Source: Takakia lepidozioides (Eukaryota > Plantae > Bryophyta). From it: a stretch of DNA of 64,000 nucleotides. The stretch spans positions 39,122,001 to 39,186,000 of the forward strand of contig CM060733.1 in the NCBI GenBank assembly GCA_030704615.1, given 5' to 3'. Made by a program: the position numbers and the translations under genes. Position 1 is the stretch's first letter. Each line of letters opens with the position of its first letter. Below the pieces are notes generated by a model. The model saw only the letters and a program-made list of their open reading frames with translations, searched no databases and was not told the DNA's origin. Below are positions 1 through 12,449 of the stretch, one piece after another.

Positions 1-499
1 CATACCCGGAAACTATTCATACCCTCAGGGTATATTTTGGCATATATCCATACCCGGGGTTATATAGAAATCTGAAAAGTTAATTTATCCATACCCGGAG
101 GGTAAATGATTTGACAAAAAAAAATTACTTATACCCTAAGGGTATATTGAAATCAATATACCCGCACAACACTGGTATTAACGGTGTTGATATTCGTTTC
201 AATACCAGTATAAATTTGTTTGAATTTTTGTCTCTTGTCTATATTTTGGACAGTTAAAAATGTAGATCTATTACTATAATTGCACTTCAATAAAATCAAT
301 ATTAAGAGTTTTGACCCGTGTTGGACTGGTATCAAGTTTTCTACAAACCAATCTTGTCGGCTTGGTACCAGACGTATCACAAAATACGAGTCTGGTCAAT
401 ATAATGGTGGATGTATTTTCCAGATGTTGGTATGGATATGAGTATCATGACCACAATACCAGCTGGTACGAGATATCAAATCTAGTATCATTCCAAAGC

Positions 500-1650
500 C
501 ATCTTGAACTACAAGTTTATCAAATAGCATGTATCAAGTGAAAACAAATAAAATACACATACTGAATTAAATTGACATAAGTACAAGTATCTACAGGGCC
601 CATGTGGATCATGGAACATCAATTTATGTGTAAATATGCCTACCATTGTCTTCAAGATTGTGTTGAAAAGAACGGGATCAAGTTCAGGATCCGGAAACTC
701 TGCACAAATGATTCGATCCTCTGCTGCTACATCCACCACTTTGTCTTCTGCTGCAAAGAATATAAGAAAATGCATGTGTGACAATCCACGTTTTTCAATT
801 GTATAGACATGCACCACAGTTCGTCCAAGTACATTGATCTTCAAGATATCTTGAAGTAGTGCCTTGGACTTTTGCTTGAAAACACGGGCAACCAGATCAG
901 GACAATGTACTGCATTCTGTCCTGATAGTATTGCACCTTTGATCTCAGGCCAGTCAGGGTTTGCGGTCATTGTTCCAAATATGTCGGGGTGTTTGAAATA
1001 GCGAGTGATGGCCATAGAATCTTGAAAGATCTCAAACATATTGCAGGAGCTACCCACGAAAGAGGAAGGTAAGATAACCCTACTTCCGAGATTTCAAAGT
1101 TCTATCTCTTCATTTCAATCGTTTCCTACTGTGTCCGCAAGACCTTGGTATACGTCGGCCCGTACTGTTGCCTGGTTCATTTCTACCCATCGCAACCAAG
1201 CTTACTCTGTTGCAACCCATGCATCTACAATGAACTCATGGAACAACTTTCCAGCACGAAGTATTGTAGAATATTCGTTATTTCTTGGATATAAAGGGTA
1301 CGAAAAAGAATTGCACTTCGTATAGCAGTGGGGTGCAAGTTGGCCCTGCTGTGTTTGCAGTTAGCAATCAGTTTTATCTGCAAAAAGAATGGGATTTAAT
1401 GGTAAGGTCCGAAGTACTGACCATGAAACTGTTCTCAACATCTTCTCGCACATTCTCACGCAAAGAACCCACCAAATGAAGAAAAGTTGGCATCAATGTT
1501 GTATTGGATTACTGAAACTAGTTCACAGCCCTAGCAAGATGGAAGCCTTAATGTTAAGAGAGACGAGATATAGGCTCCACGTACATATCGCGGGGTTCGA
1601 GAGCCCGCAAAAGATGCAGACTTCTGAAACTACTCTGGAGTTAAGGTACT
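500..1650 (-). mobile_element. Helitron RepHel fragment (HUH Rep domain), degenerate
   Basis: ORF 509-1057 reads PDIFGTMTANPDWPEI...PDLVARVFKQK...VYTIEKRGLSHMHFLIF, matching Helitron Rep motifs 1 and 2 (HUH). Adjacent frameshifted sequence to about 1650 is also Helitron-like. Confidence 0.85.
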
Positions 1651-2034
1651 TTGCATTAGACAGTTTTTGAAGTGTCCAATGCCCTTGTTAAACATAGGAG
1701 AACGTGTTCAAAAACTGATGTGCGTATAATTTTCAGAGCATTCCAAATCAATGCATAATGGAGAACATCAAAACCAACAACTTAGCCTACAAATGCCTAC
1801 AAGGAGCTTGCAAACAAAAGAATCAAGAAAGGCATCACGAAAATTGTGAGCACCATTGGGTGACACTGAACTGCTCGATTCCAATTCCAGGTGAAAACCA
1901 GGTGTGTCATTACAGCATTAGCTCTGGAGTACATTCCCAGTTTACTTGTTCAAACCAATGTGTTTGTGTTCAAATCGACATCTACAAACTAAAATTAATA
2001 GACTAGGCCAGTTGGACGAAGAAAGGAGACCTAC

Positions 2035-2972
2035 TTGTCAAGCAGCAGCCTTGATATCTCAACATAGTGAAAAGGCAGCGGCTGGAATTTCCGTGGCGGT
2101 TCTCTCTCTTCCTAGAGAGCATGGGTCAAACTTTCTGGAAGCGGTGGAGTGACCCTTATTTTATCAAGGAGGCGCATTACATTTCAATAGACCCATAATA
2201 TTTTATCGTGGTCCATTCAAGTCACATTTCCCTCCCGATTGAAATTCCACATTGTTCAGCGTAAATCTTGTTAGATAGTATTTGTCTTTCTTCATCCTTC
2301 TCACCATCCTCCGCGTCTCGAATTTACTTGGGGCCTGGGTCTTTACGTCTCTTTCTCTCTCCCTTGTCTCCCTTGTTCCTCTCTCATGTTTTCTTCCATT
2401 TTGTCTATGAGCTTTCCGCGGACGTTATAAAGCACCATTTCATTTCATTTCTCTCCCTTGTCTACCAACTCTCTCCAAAACATCCCAGCGCTTGCTAGTT
2501 TTCCCTCTTGGCGGAAAGAATACTCACCAGCAGACATCCAATCGGGGGGTTGAATTCGCCATTTACTGCGTTTTCTCATGGCCACGCCGAGCCAGAGTGG
2601 AACCTTTACAGGTATCTGAGGTCGAAATGGGCCAAAGTCTCCCTGCCCCACCCAGGCATACTCAGCTCCCGAGCCACCATGATGTAATGCAAGACAACCG
2701 AGCTTCGACAAATATCAAATCAAGATTCCATCAAAAGATACGTACGCATATCAACTGCAGTGCGTCCATGCGCACGTTGGGAATGATGTTGATCGTCTCA
2801 TCTTCTGCCAGAAACTCCATCTGCATTCCAATCACCAGTTCAATCGGCCTGATACGTCGTGTCTACATCTTTCACCCAATCCTCTAACACAACCCACTAT
2901 CATCTCAAACTTACGTCGAACGTACTCAGACTCCGTGAAGAGAGACTCCTCCGGATTGCCCTGCCCCGCCAT
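2035..2972 (-). pseudogene. PSF2: GINS complex subunit PSF2, 5' part only (exons ~2972-2925, 2820-2746, 2642-2528, 2134-2035)
   Basis: Spliced translation: MAGQGNPEESLFTESE / MEFLAEDETINIIPNVRMDALQLIC / GDFGPFRPQIPVKVPLWLGVAMRKRSKWRIQPPDWMSA / ESLTHAL*EEREPPRKFQPLPFHYVEISRLLLD. In-frame TAG at 2112-2114, exon-1 donor out of frame, and no 3' exons before the Helitron sequence. Confidence 0.85.
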
Positions 2973-3459
2973 AGCCGATTGTCGGACAATTGCTCTCACG
3001 ATCGCGCACACACGCGCGCGCGCGCGCTCTCTCTCTCCTGCAAAATTGGCGGGACCTACTGCCGGTACCGCTTTGTCACCGGCCGACCGACATCCAAAAT
3101 GGATGAATGACGATCCATTTTTTGTAGTGTTTGCGTCACTCCCACAGCAGCAGCGATTACAATGCGAAGTCAAGAGAGGTGTACTAAGAATTGCTAGATC
3201 CATCTAAAGCTTCGAGAGGAGGCTGTCCACACACAGGGATCGTAGTCGCGGAGTTGTAAAGTTAAGAGCTGAGAGTTCTTCTATTGTGCGAAACGGGACA
3301 GAATCCAGTACGTGGAGACACTTCAAGAGATTGAGACTAATCCTTGTCTCTTAATGTGAGGCAGGGAGGTTGCAACAGAAGAAGGAATTTTCAAGTCATT
3401 ATCGAGTCTATCTAGTGCGGCCTGCATTGTTGATTGAAATCCCGGAGGATCAGCAAGCA

Positions 3460-5524
3460 ATGGCGGACGCTAAGGAGCGGGACTCCGGAGAGGACGGGGA
3501 AACTAGGACCGAAGACAAGGGGTTCTGGAATTCTGAAGGGAAGGAGGAAGAGAAAGGCGCAAATGACAACGAAACAAAGGGAGAAAAGTACCATGGGGCT
3601 AAGGCGGGCGGGTTATTAGGTCTCATCCAAGGGATTGGCGAGAAGATTGAGGATGCCTTGAGCTTCGGCAAGCCTCATGCGGATGTGGTGGGGTTCCATC
3701 TTCCGTCCATTACCACCAAGCAAGCGGATGTCATTATTGAAGTGCGCATCACAAATCCTAACCCACTTCCCATCCCTCTGTTGGAAATTATCTACAGTAT
3801 CGAGAGTGAAGGCCGCCATTTGGCTTCAGGAACTATACCCGATGCAGGCACAATTCATGCTCATGGATCGGAGACTATCAAAGTACCTCTGACGCTAATC
3901 TACAAGGACATTGTTGATACATTTGAGGACATCCATCCGGGTCAAGTTATTGGCTACCTTGTGAAGGTGACGACAAGAAGTCTTGATGGTTCTGGAACTC
4001 CAACCATTTCATAAATGTTCAGGTTTTGAGAAGTCCCAAACTAGCTTGGTAAAGGTCTTGTCCCAGTATGTCTTCAGAGCTGGATTCTGGTCGTAGCGTT
4101 GTATGGTTGCTGGCTCTCTTCGTATGCTTTCGCTTTCTGCTAGTACCTCGTCACATTTTGCGTGTAGTTTTTAGCTTCCTAGAGTGACTCTGCCAATGAT
4201 GTTTAATTTATTGCCGGTAGGATTGAACATGGATACAGATCCACTTGTGAATGTCAGCACGTTTGGCCCTGGTAGAAGGTGTTTGAATGGAGAATTTGGC
4301 CTGGAAACCTATTTGCAACAGCCTAGTCTCCAGAGCTTCACAATGAGGTCATGTGGGCCACGCCCTTGAGCTGGTGACAGACCCCATTCTGTCTGCTGTC
4401 CTCACCGAGTGTAAATTTTCTTCTGCTGAGGGTCGATGCCAGAGTTTCACGTCTATGAAAATCTAATTTTTAGCTGGAATCATCAGGAGTAGGTATGTAA
4501 GAATAGGGTCTGGTATGCACTCCCTTACGGGGTGAGTGCATACCACACTCACTCCATAAGGGAACTCAAGTTTTTAAGCCTGGTAGTGAAGGGAATAGAG
4601 TGGATGTCCGAAGTTTGAGTTACAATTTAAAAGTCATGGTGACTGAGTTTGACTCTGATGATCCAAATATTCCTTTTGACTCTTCACAGCATCACTTTCT
4701 GGAGATTTTCTGTGTCAAATGATCATAGCGACCTTGTGAATTGCAGGTACAGCTGGTGGCTGATGTGCCAGTTCTGGGAAAGCTCACTCTCCCACTGCAG
4801 AAGAGTGGGGAGATCCCAATCCCTGAAAAGCCTGACGTTGACGTGGACAAAGTAGTGTGGGACCATCTCTCCCTGGAACAGACAGGGGCTACCATGCACA
4901 TCAATGTGAAGAACACAAACAATTTTGAGATAGGTACATCTTCAAGTCTTTTTGTTGTTGTGGGTCAGGTCCCAAAGGGTTGGAATGATTGAGAGAGCCC
5001 TGAGTATTTTGATTAGTCATTGATCACATCCCATTGCATAATCCAAATTAAGAGCAAAACATGAAAGAGTAAACTTAATGTGACTTCACATCTGGTAATC
5101 AGTTAAACTCGTTCAGATAGCATGTTGATGAGTATTCCCTATAGATGGAATTCCAAATTGCTGGCCGATTGCAAACTTCACACAGGGATTATTCTGTTAT
5201 GTTGTTTATGTTTATATATTGTTGGATATGGTACCAGGTGTAAAATCTTTGGACTACGATCTCAGCCTTGCAGACGTGCAAATTGCCAGTGCAGACCTCC
5301 GGCAGTCGACCACAATCGGGGCTAAGGGCTCTGGGTTAATGCAATTGCCCATCTCATTCCGTCCCAAGGATTTTGGGGGTGCATTATGGGACATAATACG
5401 GGGGAAGGGAACGGGTTACTCCATGTCTGGGAACCTGGAGGTTGATACTCCTTTTGGACCCATGCACCTGCCCTATAACAACTCCAGTGGCGTTACACAG
5501 TTGAAGGGGAAATCTGAGGTCTGA
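3460..5524 (+). CDS. Late embryogenesis abundant protein, LEA_2 family (two WHy domains); exons 3460-3966, 4747-4933, 5238-5524
   Basis: Motifs GEKIEDALSFGKPHADV, ITNPNPLPIPL, SGTIPDAGTIHAHGSETIKVP and FRPKDFGGALWDIIRGKGTGY. GT-AG introns keep the frame. Confidence 0.93.
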
Positions 5525-8500
5525 GGTTTGTTATTCCTTCGTTATTTCTGTTGGTCCCTACTTCTGCTATTTATATTTAGAATGTCAGTTGTGGAGAGAG
5601 TGAGCAATTAAGTACTCTTTGCGGGTGATTGGTTTGCCGTAGTGTGCTGCGTGCTTCTAGATGTTCCCTAAGATACAAACCATTCCTCCTGAACGTCGGG
5701 GTGCATATTCCACCTACAATGTCAATTGCAAGGTTGATGAGGGCTTTAATAACGCCCATGAGAGGTAGGAATGTTAATGGAATTGTTAATTGTAGCTTCT
5801 CAGGTGACCACGCAAGTTACAGGTACCGTTCAAAGAGATGTTCTCCTACATTTGTCCAGAGCTTGCTGGAATATCAAGAAAGTTGTTCAAGGTCTCAAAT
5901 TTTAGTGTGGATGATGGTTGTGCAGGATAAGGATTGATACTGGTGGGGAGGAGAATCGTCTGTTAAGTTATATCGTTCATGCGTCAAGATCCCTTCCTCA
6001 AATTTTTCACACCTGATGTTCTGAGCAATCATCTGTGCTCTTTCAGCAAACCTCATACTGTTTCGTTGAAAGCTCTCTAGTGGGGCTACTGATTGAGGAC
6101 ACCATTGTGAATTTTGTGTACGCTTTGTGTTAAGGGTGGAGGTTGAGAAAGCAGTATTTGTGTTTGGAACGTATATATTGGTCTTCGACAATCTGCCAGT
6201 CGTTTAAAATGTCTGAATCAGTTGATCTACACTTTTTTTAACAGGGGTGATGAGAGTAGGACAAACAATTTTAGCAGTGATTTCTTAGCTAGCTTTATTT
6301 ATGCTATCCTTCCTGTTTCCTTCTAACTGCCTAGGAGTGCTCACAAAAATTGACTACATGTTGAACAGAGTGTGGACCTGCCTTCGATGCTGTCTAGAGG
6401 TCTTCTTCGTGTATAGCCCAATTTGGACTGGGTTTGATGCCATGCAGAAAGATAATCTCTGCAGGAACACTACCGAGGGTTCAACTATGTGTGGATCTAT
6501 GCTCTGCAACTCTGTAAGACTCTCAAAATTCTGATCCCAGGGTGTGACAGGGTCGATATTAGTGTGGGCAAGCCATCTATGTCTGTGGGTCTCCATCCTC
6601 AGAACCTATCAGGTTCAGAATAACTAGGTCTTAATATTGTAGGTGTGCTTTGCTGTGTCGCGGTGGCCTCAGCAATGCAGTTTCTGTTCATGGTGCTTTC
6701 ACCTCCACATCTGGATGCCGAAGTGCATAGCCTGGGCAAGGTACATGTCGATGCCCATTCAAGCCCTCCCTCCCTCTGTGCTTCAGAGAAAGCTACCTTT
6801 GTTAAGATGCGGGAATTTGTCCACCCTCCAAGATTGTGAAGTGTCCTCATGAGGGAAGACTTAATCACTACAGACCAATTTTGAGGACGTAATAATGAAC
6901 AGATTACATTAAAAATCTTAAAACTATTTTGAATTTCCCTACTCCAAAGTTTGTCTGTCTGTCTCAAGAGGTATGTGTTTCTCGATTGCTACTGATAGAA
7001 GCAGGTTGATGGTCCTGGCTTTTGCCGCTTTCAATTCAGGGCTGCTGTTGTGGCCTATAATCTCCCAAGCGGGGAGGCCACCCAGGCAACTTGGCCCACA
7101 CAGAAAGCTGTGCAGGTACTGTTTGTGCTGTTGTAGCACATGGCGTAAACAAGCAAACCTAACAAGCATAACCAAAACAACTTCGAATTTCTGCAACATG
7201 GCAAGTAGATGGGAACTCTGCCATCCCGCTTCTTCAGGATCTGTTTCTTATAGATAAGAAATAAGCAGTGGCCGAGACTGCCAATGCTGTCCTTGCGATA
7301 GCCACGGTGAAGGGGCAATATTCACCGGTGCTCATTGTCTGTTCTGAAACCGCTTCTGTGGCAGCTTATTTAGATTGATGCAGAGTTATTCACGCAAGAG
7401 GAAGGAAGACAGCTCCCTATCTTTGGCAACTTTCAAGAAAGTGATCTAATCAAAATCCAGAAGCTTCAGGAAGAAGGAAGCCGACTATGAATTAAAGCTG
7501 TGGCTCTGACAGATCTGAGGTGCAAGAAGAAAGGAGGCTTGTCTCCACTCCATGCTCAGCTGCTGATATTCGATGCAGGCGTGAAGGTCTGCGTTCAAAA
7601 TACAATTGCGGGTGATTGCATGCGTTTGCGGTCCCCTGCTTGCAAAATCATGATTGTGACGATGCCAGTTTCGGAACTAGCCAAACATTATGGGGTTGTT
7701 CCCATCCTCCAGGCAGCTTCTTCTTTGAATCCTCGTGGGTTGTGACTAGCAAGAAATGCTTAAACCCATCACTGCAAGCAACGCTCTCCTCTCACTGTCG
7801 GGAGATTTCCCGCTTCCTTCCTTTGGTAACACCTAACCTTCTTTAACCCCTAAAGGACGAGCTAACTTTTGGGAGTTTTCCCAAAAAGTGGGCCATACCC
7901 TCCATTGCTGAGCTGTAACTTCCTAACCCCTTACATCCAGCTGGATGAACCGTTCCATTTCATCCCTACCTACTACTCATAAAATTGTAGCACTTTTGAA
8001 GGTTCCATTTCGTAGATTTTAACAAAAGAAAATTGACCAAGTTGAAACCATGAACAAAAAAAGAGAGGAAAATTTGCTTTGACCATGCAAGTTTGGTGAT
8101 TTTACATTTTTTCTTGAAGAAATGGCCTCCAGAATCCGGATAAGGGGCAACCAACATGTCACCTCCCAGAATCTGAGACCAAAATGCCAAAAATATTAGG
8201 GGGCGGCTTTGTATGTGAAATATGGAATCTTGTTTTGGCTTCTTTCCCAAGTACACCCATGAGGTGACATTTGTTTTCCAATTCCTCTGGTAAGTAAGTG
8301 CACAGTAACATTTCATGGTGCCTTGTCCAAAAATTTTGGCATTATGATAAATTTTCAGCCCTAGATTTTATCTTGAACATTGCCCATTCGACTACCACGT
8401 AGGCAGGTCAATGGTGCTCTGACACTCGATTTCATGAAACCCTGGCACTTTGCAAAATTCTAGGGAGCAGAGCTTTTATGATTTTTTGGCGCTGTAAATT

Positions 8501-8699
8501 CCCACATGTGCTCCTCTCTGACATGTACAATTCATCTTCAAGGTTCACTTCCATCCAAATATCATCCATGGGAATTGGAGCGTGGCAAGTAATCTGACGC
8601 GACCCGAATCGGGTCGCGTCGTTCTGTAGGGGTACCCGCAAGGATCCCATCTTCTTTGGACCATAGTAACGCTCTCTTGCTCATATCAACTTGGCTTTG

Positions 8700-9690
8700 T
8701 ATATCACAGGGGAACTAGGGTAGCCTGTGCCGTTGGCCCAAGTGTCCAGTGTCATCTAAGCCCAAGTGTAAATCTTCTATGTATCCCAGAGCCTCTCCTA
8801 TGTCGAGGCCCAAGTGTAACCTCTAGGGTAGCATGTGTCTTTTGGCCCACGTGTGAAGAATTGAAATCTAAGACCAAGTGCAATCTACCATATATCCCAG
8901 CACGTATCCTATGTTGAGGCTCATCTAATTAATCCCAAGTGCAATCTTCTATTCATGTATCCAAGTGCATCTCCCACTTAGAGGCCCCAAGGGTCCAGTG
9001 TCAAGTGTCCAAGCTCAAGTGCAATCTCATATGTATCCAGAGACCCTGCAATTTGGGAGATCTAGGTCGGTAGCATGTGCCATTGGCCCGTGTGTGAAGA
9101 ATTGAAAACCAAGCCCAAGTGCAATCTCCTATGTATCCAAGTGCTTCTCCCATGTGGAGGCCCAAGTGCGACCTCCAGTGTCCAATGTCATCTAAGTCCA
9201 AGTGCAATCCCAAAGCCCACCATGCTATTTTTACACCCTTATGTCTTTCCCTTTATGCAGCCTCTCCCTCATTTGGGTGTGATTGGTCAAAACCAAACGT
9301 CGCTCCTTCCCCCCTGTCGAGGCTTCATATATTGAAATATCCACTTTGCTATTTTTTGCGAATTTCCAGCTACCAAAAGTACTTGAAATTCCAAATCTCC
9401 CACATGAAGGGCCAATCATTGCTCCAGGAAATCCCACTTTGCTATTTTTCGCGAATTTTTCAGCGACCCAAAGCACTTGAAATTCCACATCTCCCACACC
9501 GCATATCCAAAAATTATGAGACCAAGCCGGTGCACCCCTCCTCATCGAGGGCTTTCCAACGGCACTAAGCACTGGGGCTGGGGCCCCGCGGTTTGGGAGA
9601 TCTCAACGACGCTACAAACAAAACAAACGTCTCGCTTCATACGGGGAGATTGCAAAAATAGCACAAAAAGAAATAAATTGAAATAAATTG
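8700..9690. repeat. Degenerate tandem subrepeats (CCCAAGTGCAATCT..ATGTATCC core) within a probable non-autonomous interspersed repeat
   Basis: Many copies of CCCAAGTG(C/T)AA at 8737-9210. CCACTTTGCTATTTTT-GCGAATTT is duplicated at ~9341 and ~9434. Confidence 0.6.
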
Positions 9691-10574
9691 ATTTGATATA
9701 CTATGAATGTTCACTACCCCCATGGAGAGAAAGAATGCCTATTGAAGATTTACTGTTTCTATTTGATGAAAAAGAAACTACCTTGCTTCATATATTGAAA
9801 AAACCAATTTAATTTTTTCCATGAATTTATTTTTATTTTATTTTTATTTTCCCAAACAGGGGACAATGGCCCCGATGCTTTTATTGAAGGGGCAAACAAA
9901 CCATTACAAAACAGGAGGAAAAAATAATCTCCTAGGGAACCGTAAAGATGAATCGCACGGGGAACACCCAGTAGCCAAAGCGAGAGAGGGGGAAAAAGCT
10001 AGAGAAGGCTGCAGCAAGCCAAGTGGGGGAGAAAAACCACTAGTAGGCAGCAGGGGGCCAAGAAGGTAAGCAATAACAACTACAAAAGAATCCTCGAAGC
10101 ATAGAAGGATATCTGATGAAGAATCCTACTCATGCCAGGGATAATTATCAAAGCCCAAAATCACCAAGTTCTATTGCGAACCATGTCAGGAAGAACTATC
10201 AGAGTCCAAAGTTCAAGTGGGCTTTGGATTTTGCACTGCGCAGGGTGAGGTGTTTCCAATTAACCTCAGCACCATCGGACTCAGCAGACGATTTCCCATG
10301 CCCCGGGGATCGTGTCATGCCATTGGACTCTCGAGTCATCAATCTTGGTGCAGAGAAGGCCGTCATTGGCCTAGGTGAGGTCGAAATCTGCAAGAAGCTG
10401 TTGACGCCTCCTTTCGCTGCACCTGGCTGTGGCTGTGACATCCATGCCTTATGCCCTTCAGTTATCAAGTCAGAGAACAATTTAAACAAAATTACTTTGA
10501 GGCAAGGTTGTCTCTTGTCAAAGACCAGACTGCACCTAGCCTTCCATAATGCCGGGGCATGCTAGATTGTGAAT

Positions 10575-12446
10575 AGCTCACGTGAGCAGAAAATACTGTG
10601 AGCAGAATTCTGCTCACTTTCCTTGGAATTAGAATTTAGGGTTGGGCCTATAATTAGGATGAAAGTAGAGTGGATGAATGTAAAATGTCGATTCCAATCC
10701 GCTTATTGCGTAAGCAAGGTAAAAAGCTTGAAGAAGGAATAAGTTGCTTTGGAGGAGAGATAGGGCGATGCTGCTTTCCGTGTACGATGGCCAATAGGTT
10801 TCGTCTGCAACAATCTCACAAGAGGATTCCTTCTCGATCGCACCCCTTTCTGTGACCTTCCTATGTTGCATCTTGTGTTCCATCTCCACTGAGTGAATTT
10901 GCTCGACCACATCACAGAGAGTCATTTGCAATGGTATGTCTGAATGGCTACATGTCTGGGTCTGGATTAAGATGGCGTTGACGCCACCTTAATCTCCACC
11001 CCTCTAAGCTCAAGAAAATCTGTCTACCTGTCTATTTGGGTCTAGATTAAGATGGCGTTGACGCCAACTTAATCTCCACCCCTCTAAGCACAAGAAAATT
11101 GACAAACTGAAAAGCAGAAACCACTCAAGAACCCTGTCTGTCTGGGTCTGGATTAAGATGGCGTTGATGCCAGCTTATAAATCTCCACCCCTCTAAGCAG
11201 AAGGATATTGGAAAAATTGAAGTGTCATAAAGAAGCTCAACGGAAATTGTATGTGTTGTTGAGTTTAAATAAGTGTATTTTAATTTGGCATAAGCTTAAT
11301 TCCAGCCCAGAAGACCAGCCAGATCAATGACACCTTAAGTGTTTTTTTTTTTTTCCCCCTTCCGAATGTGTCAGATTAAGGTGACATTAAGGTGGCGTTA
11401 ATCTGGCTGGTCTTCTGGGCTGGAATTAAGCTCCAACAGGGGCTGGGAATTAAGGTGGCGTTGACGCCACCTTAATGCCAAGCCTGTTTACCTCTACGAA
11501 TATGGCTGCTTGCCAAGGCTTTTATTTAGTTTTTATTATTATTTTTGGTTTTTGGGGTGAATTGTCATGTTCCAACAAGGGGTGGGAATTAAGATGGCGT
11601 TGACGCCACCTTAATGCCGAGCCTGTTTCCCTTGAAGAACATGGCTCTTCGCTAAGGTTTTTTTTTAATTTTAAATATTTTAATTGGTTTTTGGGTTGAA
11701 TTCCCATGTGCCAATAGGGGCTGGAATTAAGCTTGTGGCAAATTAGAAAACACTTATTTAAACTCAACAACACATAAAATCTCCGTTGAGCTTTTTTACG
11801 CCACTTGGTTTTTTCCCATCTATTCTTCTAAAATTAAGCCTCTTGTCGCTTCGTTTCTCCACCTCTTCTACATTGTCGTTGGTTGCGGTTTATTCTGTAA
11901 GGGAAGACTTTCACGAATTAGGGTTACCGGTCTGGGTCTCTGGCTTCCGTTTATGCTTTGGGGTTTTGAGATTTGGGGTTTGGGGTTTATCATTGCGGGC
12001 ATGGGTTTTCGGCTTATGGTTTGCCTTGGGGGTTTGAATTTGGGTTGCGGAATCAATGTTTGTGGTTAGGGTTTCCCGTGTTTCCCCGGGTTTAGAATTT
12101 GCTGTGTTTGCCGTACAATCAATCTTATTTCAGTCCATGCATGCTCCAATCTTCAGGGCGGCTTTTCATCCCACATTCATCCACCATTCATCCCTTCACT
12201 TCTTTCATTCATCAATGCTTCTTTCATATGGCCGTTTTTCATCACATATTCATCCCACATTGCATGCATGGAGCACGACATCTTTGGTCGCCGGCCGCCT
12301 ACGTGAATTTCCATTCAAAAGAGTTTGCGTTCACGGCAATAGGCCCTGTATTATCTCGGTTGTAGGCTCCGCTTCCCTAATCTCCTCACGCTTAAGGGAT
12401 TCTGCTCACGCTTAATGTGCAAAGCGTAAGCATGCTCATGTGAGCT
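10575..12446. mobile_element. Putative non-autonomous TIR DNA transposon containing a hairpin array
   Basis: AGCTCACGTGAGCA (10575) is inverted to TGCTCATGTGAGCT (ending 12446), with subterminal GTGAGCAGAAT/ATTCTGCTCAC. No clear TSD. Confidence 0.5.
10955..11800. repeat. Five palindromic TTAAG(A/G)TGGCGTTGACGCCACCTTAA units plus ~80-bp inverted arms
   Basis: Copies at ~10967, 11047, 11153, 11450 and 11589. Segment 11230-11310 is inverted to 11717-11797. Confidence 0.85.
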
Positions 12447-12449
12447 GCT

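Noticed and set aside
1-150. TACCC..GGGTA palindromes as a Helitron terminus
   Set aside because: Cut by the window edge; no diagnostic CTRR end could be placed.
6300-7800. Possible spliced gene (exon-like segments at ~6643-6740, 7041-7115, 7384-7491)
   Set aside because: No recognisable domain and no convincing in-frame model without RNA data.
10116-10931. ORFs of 96-149 aa on both strands
   Set aside because: No recognisable motifs; they lie among repeats.
10955-11200. CRISPR-like repeat-spacer pattern
   Set aside because: Eukaryotic context, no cas genes, irregular spacing and partly homologous spacers.
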